A stretch of DNA of 64,000 nt, taken from positions 1 to 64,000 of the forward strand of contig JBKHIT010000007.1 in assembly GCA_046538485.1 (NCBI GenBank), written 5' to 3'. The notes under the pieces are model-generated. The model saw only the letters and a list, made by a program, of their open reading frames with translations. It did not search any database and was not told the origin of the DNA. Origin of the DNA: Candidatus Brocadiia bacterium. GTDB taxonomy: Bacteria; Planctomycetota; Brocadiia; SM23-32. Of the stretch, positions 9,001 through 19,385 are shown in pieces; position 1 is the stretch's first letter, and each line of letters opens with the position of its first letter. The position numbers and the translations under genes are program-made.

Positions 9001-12000
9001 TCACTCTGCTTTTTCGGCATCGCGATCGGCAGAGGGTTCCGCGGCTTCAGGGCTTGCGAATTCCCACAGGCCATCCTTTTGGGCAAATGTTACTTCAAAA
9101 TCCATGCCCGGGTAGATAAGGATTTCATTCTCCTTGCAGTCCCACTGGGGGACAGGTGGCTTTTCGTTTTGACCAAGAGGCAGCAAAACTGTTATCAGAG
9201 GCAGAGTTTCCGATGCGCGATAGGTTCCGGACACTGTTTGCCACGCGGCCCCTTCAGTTTTTGCAAGATTGGCCCATACCCAGGAATTATTGAAACTGCG
9301 CGGACGAATAGAAAGCCGTGTGCTGGGTCCGAAACAGTGGAGCAAAACTTTTCCGTTCTTGCCACTTATTAATGCGCTCCGCCTATCCTTTTTGAGTTCG
9401 GTCTCCCGACCGCACTGGAAATGCGTTGTGATCTCACCTGGTTTCCCTTCGGCAGCCAGTATGTCGTCCAGCACAATGACCGCATCATTCTCGTGCATAA
9501 CGATTGTTCGTCTCACACGTTGCGCTGCTTTAGCATAGGCTTTGGTAGAATCAACCGTCATCTGCTGCCAGGGACCTTTGGCGGAAGCGTTAACGATTTT
9601 TGAACCCCGCGCTTTTGGCCCCTTACCGTCTACCAGAGGCAAAGTATGATCAGTGGGGCGCGGGTGATAATAACCGGGGTCGATGAGATATGGTTCGCCA
9701 CGTGCTTGAAGGACAAAGCTGCCTGAATCGCGTTGTTTGTGATGTGTTAGAATCCCTTCGCTGCCTTTTATGCCAACAACGAGGCCGGGCATGAAAGACG
9801 TGTCGGAACGCATAACTCCCCAATGCATGTTTTTCAGATACGCAATTTTGGGCACACCGGGAAAAGTCTCCGGCGACGCTGTGCGGTTTCTCCAGAGAAA
9901 CGCATACGGTAGAAAGGTGCTTCGTACGTTTACCGAAGGCCCACCCGAGGCCATATAATCGGCCAACCATAGCATCAGTGGCTGATTGTAACGGCTTCCA
10001 AGATCAGCACATATCGCCATTCCCGTTAACCAGGGCTGGCTGGCGTTGAACGCAAACATTTTTTTGTGACCGCCAATCTGCGTCTTCACGAAATTGATAT
10101 TTTTACGAAGGTGCGGATGGTCGAGCAGTCCGCGGGCATTTCCCGTAACGTTTTTGAGGGCATGAGCGAGAATAAGATGGAAGGTGCCGCCGTAATCCCA
10201 GTACAGGCTCCCTTCCACGCATCCCCCATCCTGGGAGAAACAGTTTTCGATGTAGAATTTGTCAAGTTCCGCCGCTTTGTTCACGGCCTTTTCGGCCTCA
10301 CGAGTGCTATATATCAGGGCAAGCCCTGCCAGCATACCACCACAGTTATTGACAGCAACGGTGTTGCTGACATTGTACGTCCCGCCAAGCAACCAGCTAT
10401 TTGCTCGAGCCATTCGCAAATAGCCCTCAAGCATACGATCAAGATAGTCGATACACATAGCGCGTTGCTCGGGGGAAAGTTGGCGGAACAGGATGTCGTA
10501 AGCAGTGGCGATTGCGACTGTGCCGGCAAAACCAAAATCCTCGTACTCTGTTGACAACCAGCCCTGCTGCAACCACTCAAGCAAGCTTTCCTCGTATTTT
10601 TCCTCCTCAGCCAGCAGATAAGCCCACGAAAGGATGCTAATCGGACCGGTCGCGGGGCCTCCCTTTTCTTCAGGATGTTTTCGGCATATATCGTCTGCGG
10701 TCTTGAGGATTATCGACCGATACTTTTTGAACATCGGGGCGCGGAATTTTTCGCGCAGCCCGGCCAGATCCTTTTTCTGAAAGAAAATATAAGGATGAGG
10801 CGCGTAGCCGAACAGAAGACGCCCCTCAAATTCTTTGTCCCCCGTCTTCGCACGGACAGGACATCGTCCTTTTTGCCCTGGTGGGACGGTTACACGTGCG
10901 TGCAGGGGATCGATGATTTTCACGTTTTCAGCCGGAACGCTCCCGGTCTTTCCTCGCCCGAACAAAAAAGATGTATTCTCCTCAAATCCTGCTCCGATCA
11001 TTGTTACGACGCTGCCGCCTTTTGGAATAGCTTCACGCGGGCGCACCTCTTCGAGCAATCGCCCATATGGGACACCATCTTCTAAATTGCCGCTCAATCC
11101 GTTGGGGTTAATTATCCAGAGAGCATGACGCTGTTTGAGAGGAAGCTCAGGAAGTCGGGCCAGGAGTTTTAGAGAGGACACCGTTTTTACATCCTGCGCA
11201 GGTTTCCCCCCGATTTCGACGCGGCAACCCTCGTGGAAATTTTGTCCGGAGATAGTAACTTTTGCCCCACCGGACAGAACGGGCCTTTCGGATGAGATAT
11301 TGCCCGGGACAGGCGGGGGCGCTACGCTCAGTGAGCGTCCCTGGATATTGTTAACTCTTCCCTCCATGACAAAAGAAGAATAGCTCAGATGATCGGATGT
11401 AACAGGCATTCTTTTAATGCAGACGTAGCGTAGAGGGATAGCGGCGATTTCTTCCGGCATCCGCCAACTGCCCGTCCAGTACGGGCCCCCGCGATCTCCG
11501 GGCAAGCCGTGATGTGTAATAGTGAATTTAAGGTGGTTTTTTTTACTGCGGCCTATTTTCAGCGTGAGGCGGGTATTTTCCAGATGTGACATTGGCCAGC
11601 TGACACTTGAAATTTTCCCCTTCCGCCGTTCGATGAGATTAGAGAGTATCGTATCGCCAATCCTGGAATATTCTTTGGAACCTTTTTCCCCGGGGAAATT
11701 GTAAAACCCTCCCTGCCGCACAGCGGCAGCCGGTCCTTCCATATGCACGCCAAAACTGATGGCGATATCTTTTCTTTTCATTTTTCCTGGCGGAGCCGAC
11801 GAAAGAGCAACGGCAACTCCAGGGTAAAATCCCTCTTGTTTCTGCCCCTGTTTCAATTCTACATCGAACGAAAATTCAAAAGCTTCTGTCCCAATCTCCC
11901 ATTCGGCGTAGGCATACTCGCGGTTGCGGACGTACCTGGGTATGGCTGCTGAGCGGAAATAAAACCCCGGTTTTTCATCGCGTTTATGCCAGCGCAGACC

Positions 12001-12174
12001 GGGAGAATCGGGGCTGGATTTCACATCCCAACGGGGTTCAGGCTTGCCAGCGAAACGCTCGACAAAAATCCTGTCATCTTGTGCTTCAATAGCGTTTGGG
12101 ATAACGTAAAGGAAAACGATCACGATCAATAAAATGGTATTAGATAGCGAAGTTTCATTCCGGTCGCAAATCAT
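9001..12174 (-). CDS. Heparinase II/III-like polysaccharide lyase with IPT/TIG domains
   Basis: Two IPT-like repeats (GGAKVTISGQNF, GGSVVTMIGAGF); EGSLYWDYG; HKQRDSGSF..DPGYY..HTLPLVDG. Confidence 0.75.
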   Translation of the reverse strand: MICDRNETSLSNTILLIVIVFLYVIPNAIEAQDDRIFVERFAGKPEPRWDVKSSPDSPGLRWHKRDEKPGFYFRSAAIPRYVRNREYAYAEWEIGTEAFEFSFDVELKQGQKQEGFYPGVAVALSSAPPGKMKRKDIAISFGVHMEGPAAAVRQGGFYNFPGEKGSKEYSRIGDTILSNLIERRKGKISSVSWPMSHLENTRLTLKIGRSKKNHLKFTITHHGLPGDRGGPYWTGSWRMPEEIAAIPLRYVCIKRMPVTSDHLSYSSFVMEGRVNNIQGRSLSVAPPPVPGNISSERPVLSGGAKVTISGQNFHEGCRVEIGGKPAQDVKTVSSLKLLARLPELPLKQRHALWIINPNGLSGNLEDGVPYGRLLEEVRPREAIPKGGSVVTMIGAGFEENTSFLFGRGKTGSVPAENVKIIDPLHARVTVPPGQKGRCPVRAKTGDKEFEGRLLFGYAPHPYIFFQKKDLAGLREKFRAPMFKKYRSIILKTADDICRKHPEEKGGPATGPISILSWAYLLAEEEKYEESLLEWLQQGWLSTEYEDFGFAGTVAIATAYDILFRQLSPEQRAMCIDYLDRMLEGYLRMARANSWLLGGTYNVSNTVAVNNCGGMLAGLALIYSTREAEKAVNKAAELDKFYIENCFSQDGGCVEGSLYWDYGGTFHLILAHALKNVTGNARGLLDHPHLRKNINFVKTQIGGHKKMFAFNASQPWLTGMAICADLGSRYNQPLMLWLADYMASGGPSVNVRSTFLPYAFLWRNRTASPETFPGVPKIAYLKNMHWGVMRSDTSFMPGLVVGIKGSEGILTHHKQRDSGSFVLQARGEPYLIDPGYYHPRPTDHTLPLVDGKGPKARGSKIVNASAKGPWQQMTVDSTKAYAKAAQRVRRTIVMHENDAVIVLDDILAAEGKPGEITTHFQCGRETELKKDRRSALISGKNGKVLLHCFGPSTRLSIRPRSFNNSWVWANLAKTEGAAWQTVSGTYRASETLPLITVLLPLGQNEKPPVPQWDCKENEILIYPGMDFEVTFAQKDGLWEFASPEAAEPSADRDAEKAE

Positions 12175-12355
12175 TACTGGTCTCCAGCCTGATTACGGTA
12201 CACGGGTCCAGTCTCAACGTGATTACCTATCTTTATAGTACTTTGGGCGTTGCACATCAAGCGTCATGGAATCCTTATGCACACCGACGACCACAAGCGG
12301 TGAACGTGTATTCTGCAGTGCGGCTTGGATTTATTGCTGAAAAAACAAACTCGCC

Positions 12356-12385
12356 TTGACCATTCAGTCCTGCGGATTTTAGAAT
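12356..12385 (+). promoter_or_regulatory. Putative sigma-70 promoter
   Basis: TTGACC-N18-TAGAAT upstream of 12528. Confidence 0.45.
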
Positions 12386-12527
12386 AGATGTTGTTTTCTG
12401 ACAGCAATTTTTCTCCGCGGGACAAGAAATTTTGCGGGGATGGACAAGTTTTTCATGTCTTCCTCAGAATCCTGGCGATTTGATGATACGTTCAAAATCT
12501 GACAGGGCTTTAGAAAGAGTTAACACC

Positions 12528-14360
12528 ATGCGAAATACTATTTCAGCCGCTATTGTCCTGAGTGTGGTTGTTGCGCTCTTTCCGGCCTGTCGGAGCGCAG
12601 AAGTTCCTGAAGGCACTGTCACGGTGACTGTAAGAAAGAAGATGGCTGCCCCGGACTGGGCTCTCAAGGAACGTCGGCTGATGGAATTGCACGAGGAATT
12701 GGCGCGGTTGTTTGAAAAAGCCTACGTGATGCCGGACGGTCACGTTAGAGTCCCGATGGAACATGGGGGCGGAACGATTGCCCCGGATGACGTGCTGGAG
12801 ACGCTTTACAAACTTCCGATGCACTATGCGCTGGGGGCGGGGGATGATACATGGCGCGTTTTCTGGAAAACCTGGAAAGGAACCGTCGAACAGGGGACCG
12901 AGCAGGGCCTGTATGTCAATGAAATGCCGAAATTCCTGGACTGGCATCACAACGGGGAGAATTTTGAGGGCTTCTGGCTCGGGGCTCTCTGTGCGCCCAA
13001 TGATGAAGAATACCGGCGAATGGCCCTGAAATACGCCTCCCTTTACGACGGGTCCGACCGGCCCCACCAGAATTACGATGCCGAGAAGAAAATGATTCCC
13101 TCGATGTTGCATGGCGGGGCCGGGCCGCAGTTGAACCCTACCGTCGCTGACTGGATTGAAGGAGATATAACGGAGAGCGCCCGCAAGTTCTGGAGCCACT
13201 GGCTGGACTGCGACCACGATGGGCCCGTGAATTTGGTGACCACCAATTTCGGTACGGTGGCTTTCATGCTGACAGGGGAGGAGCACTGGCGCAAACGGAC
13301 GATGGGGTATGTCGACGCCTGGCGCGAACGCGCCCGCCAGAACAACGGGATCATCCCCTCAATCGTCAATCGTGACGGGGAAGTGCCAGAGGAATGGTGG
13401 GGAGGCGTGCTCGGCTGGGATTTCAAACAATTTGGCGGTCTCTTCCAGGTTTCCAGTGGGCCACGTGCGGCCTGGGGGAATGCGGCGCTGCTGAGCGGCG
13501 ATACATCTTATTATGACGTCACTCGCACGCTTTCCGATACACTCTGGGAAAATCGTTACCGGCTGAAGAAAAATATCGGTTGGGGAAGGGAAAAAGGTGA
13601 GTGGGATGTTCCTCGATACTACAACGGGGAAAAAGGATGGTACAATGGCCTGCGACGTGCGGCGGGAGTTTACACGAGCATTCTGGCCAACATGTGGTTT
13701 GTGACGATGAAAGAGGAAGACCTGAAGCGTGTCCTTGAGCGAGACGATCTGAAAGGGGCTGCCGGGCACGCGACATGGCAGGAAGGAGGGTACGAACCGG
13801 AATGGGTCAAGTATCTGATCGGGAAGAACCCCGATTGGCCGACAAAATCTCTCGACCGGATTATCAGGCGCACTGAGGGTAATGTGCAGAAGTTGAAGAC
13901 CCTCGCTGAGAAGAAACCGGACGAGAGGAAACAACGCGGCTGGCCGCGCCCATGGGGTTGGGTCGGGCCGATGGTCAATCTGATGACCGGCGGACCGGTG
14001 CCTCTGTGGCACGGGCAGCTCCACATGGCGCGGTTTCGCTATTTCGATCCAGAGCGCAAACGGCCTGGCATCTCAGAGGATTGCGCCGCACTGGTTGAAA
14101 AACTCGAGGACAAAATCGCCACGGTTGTTCTGGTTAATCTCAGTGAGGATGAGACCCATACGGTGCTTGTGCAGACGGGAGCTTACGGCGAACACCAATG
14201 CATATGGGTGCAGCCGGAAGGCTGCAAAAAAGTTGAGGTAGACGGAACCGTCTTCGCTGTGAAGCTGGCCCCGGGAGCCGGTCAGCGTCTGGTGGTCAAG
14301 GCGGAACGTTTTGCCAACACGCCCACTCTGGGTTTGCCCTGGGATAAGCGAATTCGTTGA
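12528..14360 (+). CDS. Secreted conserved hypothetical protein (possible alpha/alpha-barrel glycan enzyme)
   Basis: Long ORF, signal peptide from ATG 12528; Trp-rich; motifs PDDVLE, DWHHNGE, RFRYFDPERKRPG. Confidence 0.7.
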   Translation: MRNTISAAIVLSVVVALFPACRSAEVPEGTVTVTVRKKMAAPDWALKERRLMELHEELARLFEKAYVMPDGHVRVPMEHGGGTIAPDDVLETLYKLPMHYALGAGDDTWRVFWKTWKGTVEQGTEQGLYVNEMPKFLDWHHNGENFEGFWLGALCAPNDEEYRRMALKYASLYDGSDRPHQNYDAEKKMIPSMLHGGAGPQLNPTVADWIEGDITESARKFWSHWLDCDHDGPVNLVTTNFGTVAFMLTGEEHWRKRTMGYVDAWRERARQNNGIIPSIVNRDGEVPEEWWGGVLGWDFKQFGGLFQVSSGPRAAWGNAALLSGDTSYYDVTRTLSDTLWENRYRLKKNIGWGREKGEWDVPRYYNGEKGWYNGLRRAAGVYTSILANMWFVTMKEEDLKRVLERDDLKGAAGHATWQEGGYEPEWVKYLIGKNPDWPTKSLDRIIRRTEGNVQKLKTLAEKKPDERKQRGWPRPWGWVGPMVNLMTGGPVPLWHGQLHMARFRYFDPERKRPGISEDCAALVEKLEDKIATVVLVNLSEDETHTVLVQTGAYGEHQCIWVQPEGCKKVEVDGTVFAVKLAPGAGQRLVVKAERFANTPTLGLPWDKRIR

Positions 14361-14524
14361 TCGGGCTGCAGGCAGACCTCATGTTCGGCCTGTTGCCGAT
14401 CCGGCCCCTTTTTTGTTCGGAATAAACGCGTTTCAGATAAGGCGTTTCTGCCAAAATAGCATACGTCTCTGAACCTTCGTTCAGCCCAGAGGTTGGTATG
14501 GAAACCAAGGGGAGGCAAATAAGA

Positions 14525-14601
14525 TGGTGAGGGCGGTGGGGATCGAACCCACGACCTACGGATTAAAAGTCCGTTGCTCTGCCTAACTGAGCTACACCCT
14601 C
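14525..14601 (-). tRNA. tRNA-Lys (anticodon UUU)
   Basis: Reverse complement folds as a cloverleaf: GAGGGTG acceptor, acgga-CTTTTAA-tccgt anticodon arm, GTTCGATCC T-loop, encoded CCA. Confidence 0.97.
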
Positions 14602-14730
14602 TTTAAAAAAGCACTATAAGCGAAAGGGCTTAAATCTGCAAGTTTCGAAAGTTGGAGCGAGTCGCTAATCTCAGCTCTGAGTCCCTAATTTGCCCTTTCG
14701 TGGTGTACTTATTCCCAGGAAAAAGGCGGC

Positions 14731-14759
14731 TTGACGTGTATGAAGTGGGCAGGTACAAT
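14731..14759 (+). promoter_or_regulatory. Sigma-70 promoter
   Basis: TTGACG-N17-TACAAT. Confidence 0.6.
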
Positions 14760-14961
14760 CGTACTGGTGCGAGATACGCAAAACTGAGGTATCTTTTACG
14801 TTTCCTCCCCACCTGCAATTGAGGTGCATAATTCGAGATTCCCTGATGTTTGCCATTTGATGCCGTTTACAAGCGCAGCTATTCAGTTTCGTATTCGTGC
14901 CGTTGCGAGTCGGCCACCAACCCTGTCCGGGAAATCACACTCGTGGAAAGGTGAGACCTAA

Positions 14962-17154
14962 ATGCACGTAATATGCGACTGCGCATCAACTCTTGGGAGC
15001 CGATTCAATTTAATTTTTGACCCCCACGATTCTTGTCTTTACCACAACGCATATGGTGATTTTCACGAACAACCCTTTGCGCTCACGGCGGGTTTGAGGC
15101 TCGAAAATGGGCGTTTGGTATCTCTTCCTTTTGCGACACGGCCAGAAATTTTTCCCTATGTGGAGCAGAGCAGCGGACTGACGACGATTGAGTACAGGGG
15201 GGTTTTGCCGGAACGTCGGGTGGAGGTGACCATGAAAATTCGTGCTCCATTTTACCCCCACAATGCGAAACTTTCCACGGCACCGGTCTACTATGTTGAT
15301 CTTACAGTTTCGAGACTCGATGGCTGGCGGTGGACGGATGAAGTGGATGTGGTGGACTCGGGGGAACTCCTGCTTCGCCTTCACGCGGACGATGTTGAGT
15401 TTGAGCAGCTGGAAAATGGTTTTGCCTACTCGTTTGATTCCACAAGTGAGCTGCGGGAAGGACCGGAGGGAGAACAAGAAATCACGAGCACGAAAACTTG
15501 TCCAGTTCGATGTTCTGTTCGGGCTACGGGGGAGATCAACTGTGGAGAGGCAGAAATTTCCATACCATTTGATCTGAGCGAAGATGAACAACAGACGCTC
15601 AGCCTCATTTGGAGCAGCTGGAGCGATAAAGCTGTGCTGGAAACGAATGAAGAGGCCACGGAGTTCAAATACAAAGAATTCTTTGCCTCCGAAAACAAGC
15701 TGCTTGAATGGGCCGAGGCTAAACGCGGAGAAGTTGAGGAGCAGTGCGATTTTCTTGAAGGGCTTTTCAGTGATTGGTCTTTAGGTTCAACAACGACTCA
15801 ATTTACTGCTCTTGCCTTGCATTCTTTTCTTGCCAATAGCTGGTGGACGACGCGGCAAAAAGGGGCGGATTGGTTCAGCGTTTGGGAGGGTTCTTGTTAT
15901 TTTCACTCCACCATCGACGTTGAATATAACGATGGACTGATTTACTTTGCACTCTGGCCTGAATTGCTGGACATGCTCTTGAGCCAATGGGCACAATTCG
16001 AGGTGGAAGCCGACGAGCACTACAATTCGGCAAAGAATGGTTCATTTCTCTGCCACGACATGGGGGCAAATCATGTGGTCGGGCGGCAGATTTACCCGCA
16101 CTACATGGAAATCGAGGAAAATGCGAATTATCTGCTCTTAATGGCAGCGCGATGCTTTTTCACCGGGGATCTCAAACTTGCCCAAAAACACTTGGATCTC
16201 TGTCGCCGGCTTGCTGATTTCATAGTTCAGTGTGATACCGATGGGAATGGATTTCCAGACCAGGGCACGGCAAACACCATCGATGATGCCAGCCCGGCTC
16301 TCCAATACGGCAAAGAACAAACTTATCTTGCTGTAAAATCTAGCGCGGCTTTGTGGGCCTGGGGCGAAGTGGAAGATCTGCTCGTCGGTGAAAAGAAGTC
16401 AAAAGCTGAACGATGGAAGGCTTTTGCATCAAAAGCCGTCAAAAGTCTCAACGAAAAAGCATGGGTCAAAGATCACTATGCTGTTACTTTGACCCGAACC
16501 ACTGAAGGGCTTGTTGATCCGTGGACTGGAACACCGCTGCCGGACGGCGAGCTTGAGGGCTGGGATGATTTTTCCATTTATACGGCGAGCGGATTGCTCT
16601 ATTTGTATCTGGCCAATATCAAAATGCCGCGCTGGAATGAAGCCCGGTTCGCACGCGATATCGAGAACGCCGAACGAGCGACTCGCCAGCGGTACGGCTC
16701 CTCACACACGGCTTCCGGAGACCGTACTGTATGGTTTTCGCAGAATCTATGGCGCGACTACGTGGCCGCTTATCTTGGTATCGATATGCTTCAAAACATT
16801 GAATCGTACTGGGATTATCAAGTGCTGACCGGTGATAACCAGGCCTCGTCTTTGTATTACGATACGACGCCGGAAAACAATCTGAATTTTTATCCCCGGG
16901 GAGCCACTGTGCTGGGTGCTCCCATGAGTGCGGCGGGAATGCGGCTTAACCGGATAGAAGGAGAGCTGCATCTATGTCCCGTGCGGAAGACACTCAGAGT
17001 GCCTTTACTCCCGCTCGTCGACTGGCGCGAGATGCGGGCACCCTGGTTGGTTGTGCGAAGCCGCCAAGGCGTGACCGTGGCGCAAATTACCGAAGAGGAT
17101 CTTCTGGGCAATCTTACAGTGCATCTGACAGGTGCAGAGATGGAATCGGCATGA
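14962..17154 (+). CDS. DUF4965/GtaA-like six-hairpin glycosidase-fold protein
   Basis: STIDVEY, HDMG, MEIEENANYL, NTIDD, QTYLAVK resemble the DUF4965 (glutaminase A-like) family. Confidence 0.6.
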   Translation: MHVICDCASTLGSRFNLIFDPHDSCLYHNAYGDFHEQPFALTAGLRLENGRLVSLPFATRPEIFPYVEQSSGLTTIEYRGVLPERRVEVTMKIRAPFYPHNAKLSTAPVYYVDLTVSRLDGWRWTDEVDVVDSGELLLRLHADDVEFEQLENGFAYSFDSTSELREGPEGEQEITSTKTCPVRCSVRATGEINCGEAEISIPFDLSEDEQQTLSLIWSSWSDKAVLETNEEATEFKYKEFFASENKLLEWAEAKRGEVEEQCDFLEGLFSDWSLGSTTTQFTALALHSFLANSWWTTRQKGADWFSVWEGSCYFHSTIDVEYNDGLIYFALWPELLDMLLSQWAQFEVEADEHYNSAKNGSFLCHDMGANHVVGRQIYPHYMEIEENANYLLLMAARCFFTGDLKLAQKHLDLCRRLADFIVQCDTDGNGFPDQGTANTIDDASPALQYGKEQTYLAVKSSAALWAWGEVEDLLVGEKKSKAERWKAFASKAVKSLNEKAWVKDHYAVTLTRTTEGLVDPWTGTPLPDGELEGWDDFSIYTASGLLYLYLANIKMPRWNEARFARDIENAERATRQRYGSSHTASGDRTVWFSQNLWRDYVAAYLGIDMLQNIESYWDYQVLTGDNQASSLYYDTTPENNLNFYPRGATVLGAPMSAAGMRLNRIEGELHLCPVRKTLRVPLLPLVDWREMRAPWLVVRSRQGVTVAQITEEDLLGNLTVHLTGAEMESA

Positions 17155-17200
17155 CGAAACGTCAAAAACCTGGGGAAAGGAAAAAAAGTCTCTGTTGATA

Positions 17201-18469
17201 TTACGGCAGCTGCTGGCGGAAGATGTGGGCAAATACTCTGGCATCGGCCACCATGTTGGATATGCGGCAGTTTTCATTGACCTGATGGGCAAAGCCCTCG
17301 CTGGTCGACCAAACCACCACAGGATAGCCAGCCTGCCGGAAGAACGCAGCCACTGTGCTGCCCCCAATCCCGGTTAGTTTTCCTTCAACTTGCCGTGTTT
17401 CTCTCAATGCTTTTTGGAGCATTCGCACGATGGGGGCGTCTTGGCGGGTCGGTTCCGGGGCGTCCAACCGGTTTTCGATCTGCAGGTTAGTTTTTGTGCC
17501 AATTCCCGAATCGATACGTTCCATTTCTCCGCGAATAACACCGAGAATCTCATCGAGATCGTAATCCGGGAGAACGCGACAGTCAAAACTTATTTTCTCC
17601 TCGCCCGGGATTGTGTTGATGTTGGGTACGTTCGGTCCGTGACGTGTTGGCTCAAAGGTGGAATAGGGCGGCGAGAAGAGTTCGTCTTTTTTGTCGAACT
17701 GTTTGTGCAGTTCCTCGTCCAGTGCACATGCGAGCTGCGCACCCGCCCGAAAAGCGTTGTGCGCCAACTGAGGCATAGAGCCGTGAGCCTGCTTCCCTTC
17801 GATATGGAATGTAAGCCAGAGGACCGATTTCTCGGCGATTTCGATTATCGAACCGTCCTCGTTGCCGGCGTCGGGCACCATGATAAGATCGTCGGGGGAG
17901 AAGAGATCCGCATGGTTTGCCAGCAGGTGCTGGAGCCCGTATTCGCTACCGGTTTCTTCGCCGGAGACAAACAGGAGGGCGACCTCGTGGTGCGGCATGA
18001 TGTCGTGTTCGAGCAGAGCTTGCGCTGCGAAAACGCCGGCGACAAGGGCCTGCTGGTTGTCTTCCACGCCGCGTCCGTAGATACGGTCATCGTCCCGGCG
18101 GACCCGGTAGGGGTCAGAGTCCCAACCTTTCCAGTCATCATCTTCGGTCCGTTCGCCCGGCGGCACGACATCGAGATGGGTCATGACCCAGATGCGCGGT
18201 TCGGATTGTTTGCCGGGGATTCGCACGACGAAATTAGGGCGGGAATTTCGGGGGACACGCTCGTCGGGCGTGTCGTAGTGCTCCGGTTCGGGGAACCCGA
18301 AATCGGCGAGATACTGTTTGAGTGATTCGGCTTTTTCCCATTCCCCGGTTCCGTCGGATTCCGGGTTAAGGGCCGGAATTGCCGTCAGACGGGATTGAAG
18401 TTCGACCATCTCTTCGGCGTGTTTCTCAAGCCAGTCGGCAATGGTGTCACCGGTCATCGTCACCTCCAC
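17201..18469 (-). CDS. M20 family metallohydrolase (DapE/ArgE-like)
   Basis: HLDVVP, GRGVEDN, GEETGS, AHGSMP, AHQVNE. Confidence 0.9.
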   Translation of the reverse strand: MEVTMTGDTIADWLEKHAEEMVELQSRLTAIPALNPESDGTGEWEKAESLKQYLADFGFPEPEHYDTPDERVPRNSRPNFVVRIPGKQSEPRIWVMTHLDVVPPGERTEDDDWKGWDSDPYRVRRDDDRIYGRGVEDNQQALVAGVFAAQALLEHDIMPHHEVALLFVSGEETGSEYGLQHLLANHADLFSPDDLIMVPDAGNEDGSIIEIAEKSVLWLTFHIEGKQAHGSMPQLAHNAFRAGAQLACALDEELHKQFDKKDELFSPPYSTFEPTRHGPNVPNINTIPGEEKISFDCRVLPDYDLDEILGVIRGEMERIDSGIGTKTNLQIENRLDAPEPTRQDAPIVRMLQKALRETRQVEGKLTGIGGSTVAAFFRQAGYPVVVWSTSEGFAHQVNENCRISNMVADARVFAHIFRQQLP

Positions 18470-18520
18470 ATTTGATCGAGTTACCAGGGGGAAGAGTGAT
18501 CATAACGGGAGGAGGACAAT

Positions 18521-18555
18521 AAAAAAAGAGCGGCCGCCGGAAGCGGCCGCTCTTT
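18521..18555 (-). terminator. Rho-independent terminator
   Basis: aaagagcggccgc/gcggccgctcttt stem followed by U7 on the minus strand, just after the 18576 gene. Confidence 0.8.
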
Positions 18556-18575
18556 CGCTGTTTTATTTGTCAGAA

Positions 18576-19142
18576 TTACAATCCCAAATCGCAGTCCTCA
18601 GTCGCGTCACCGCCATCATCCGTGTAGATATTGGGATCGTCGCACGATTCATGCGGATTCGAAACGTCATCCTCCCCGTTCTTTTCGTTAAACCTGACAT
18701 GAGTATCATAGAACAAAATTACGGAGCCTTTTCGATGGTTTGAAGTGCTGACATCGGCCAGGATGGCGCGTGTTGATTTGCTGTCTCCAGGAACCTCCGT
18801 ATCCTGCAAATAACCCGCATTTGTGACGCCTGTGCTTGGGTCAAAACCAAGCGAATCGACTGTGGGGTCGCCCGGACAGGAGAAGGTTTCCTGTGCGTCG
18901 ATGTACTCCCCTTCGTAGAGTGCATACAGGCAAAGGTTGGAATCGGATGCCTGAGGCATTTTCTGATTATTGTTATTGGCGTACATTTTGTAACCGTACC
19001 CCAGATTCTTGGTGTTATTGATACACGCAGTTTGCTGAGCCTGCCGACGCGCTTCTGCGAGTGCGGGCATAAGCATAGCGGCGAGAATGGCGATAATAGC
19101 GATCACAACCAGAAGTTCGATGAGTGTGAACCCTTTTTTCAT
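18576..19142 (-). CDS. Prepilin-type N-terminal cleavage/methylation protein (DUF1559-like)
   Basis: [28 protein letters not shown]-terminal [11 protein letters not shown]. Confidence 0.9.
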   Translation of the reverse strand: MKKGFTLIELLVVIAIIAILAAMLMPALAEARRQAQQTACINNTKNLGYGYKMYANNNNQKMPQASDSNLCLYALYEGEYIDAQETFSCPGDPTVDSLGFDPSTGVTNAGYLQDTEVPGDSKSTRAILADVSTSNHRKGSVILFYDTHVRFNEKNGEDDVSNPHESCDDPNIYTDDGGDATEDCDLGL

Positions 19143-19192
19143 GGCCTAGTGCTCTCCTTAAGGCATATTAAAACCCCCGTCCATTGAAATAT

Positions 19193-19222
19193 ATGGTACT
19201 GGAGGTTCCCCTTGAGTGTCAA
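19193..19222 (-). promoter_or_regulatory. Putative sigma-70 promoter of prepilin gene
   Basis: TTGACA-N18-TACCAT on minus strand. Confidence 0.45.
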
Positions 19223-19385
19223 GAGCAAAGTTTATGAGGAATTTACGCTGCCGTTCGTTTCACGGTTTATGGCCGGGGATTTGCTTTAAAGTGCCACCGA
19301 TTCCTTTCCCCGGAACCTGGGACGCAAATCTGGGAAGGCGCGACGTGAAACCGACGGATCCAGAAGGCTTACGGCTTTCCGGAAA

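Noticed and set aside
14361..14601. Integrative element at tRNA-Lys
   Set aside because: No integrase and no duplicated tRNA 3' end seen in the window
14766..14960. 6S or SRP RNA
   Set aside because: Lacks recognisable conserved motifs and the expected size or structure
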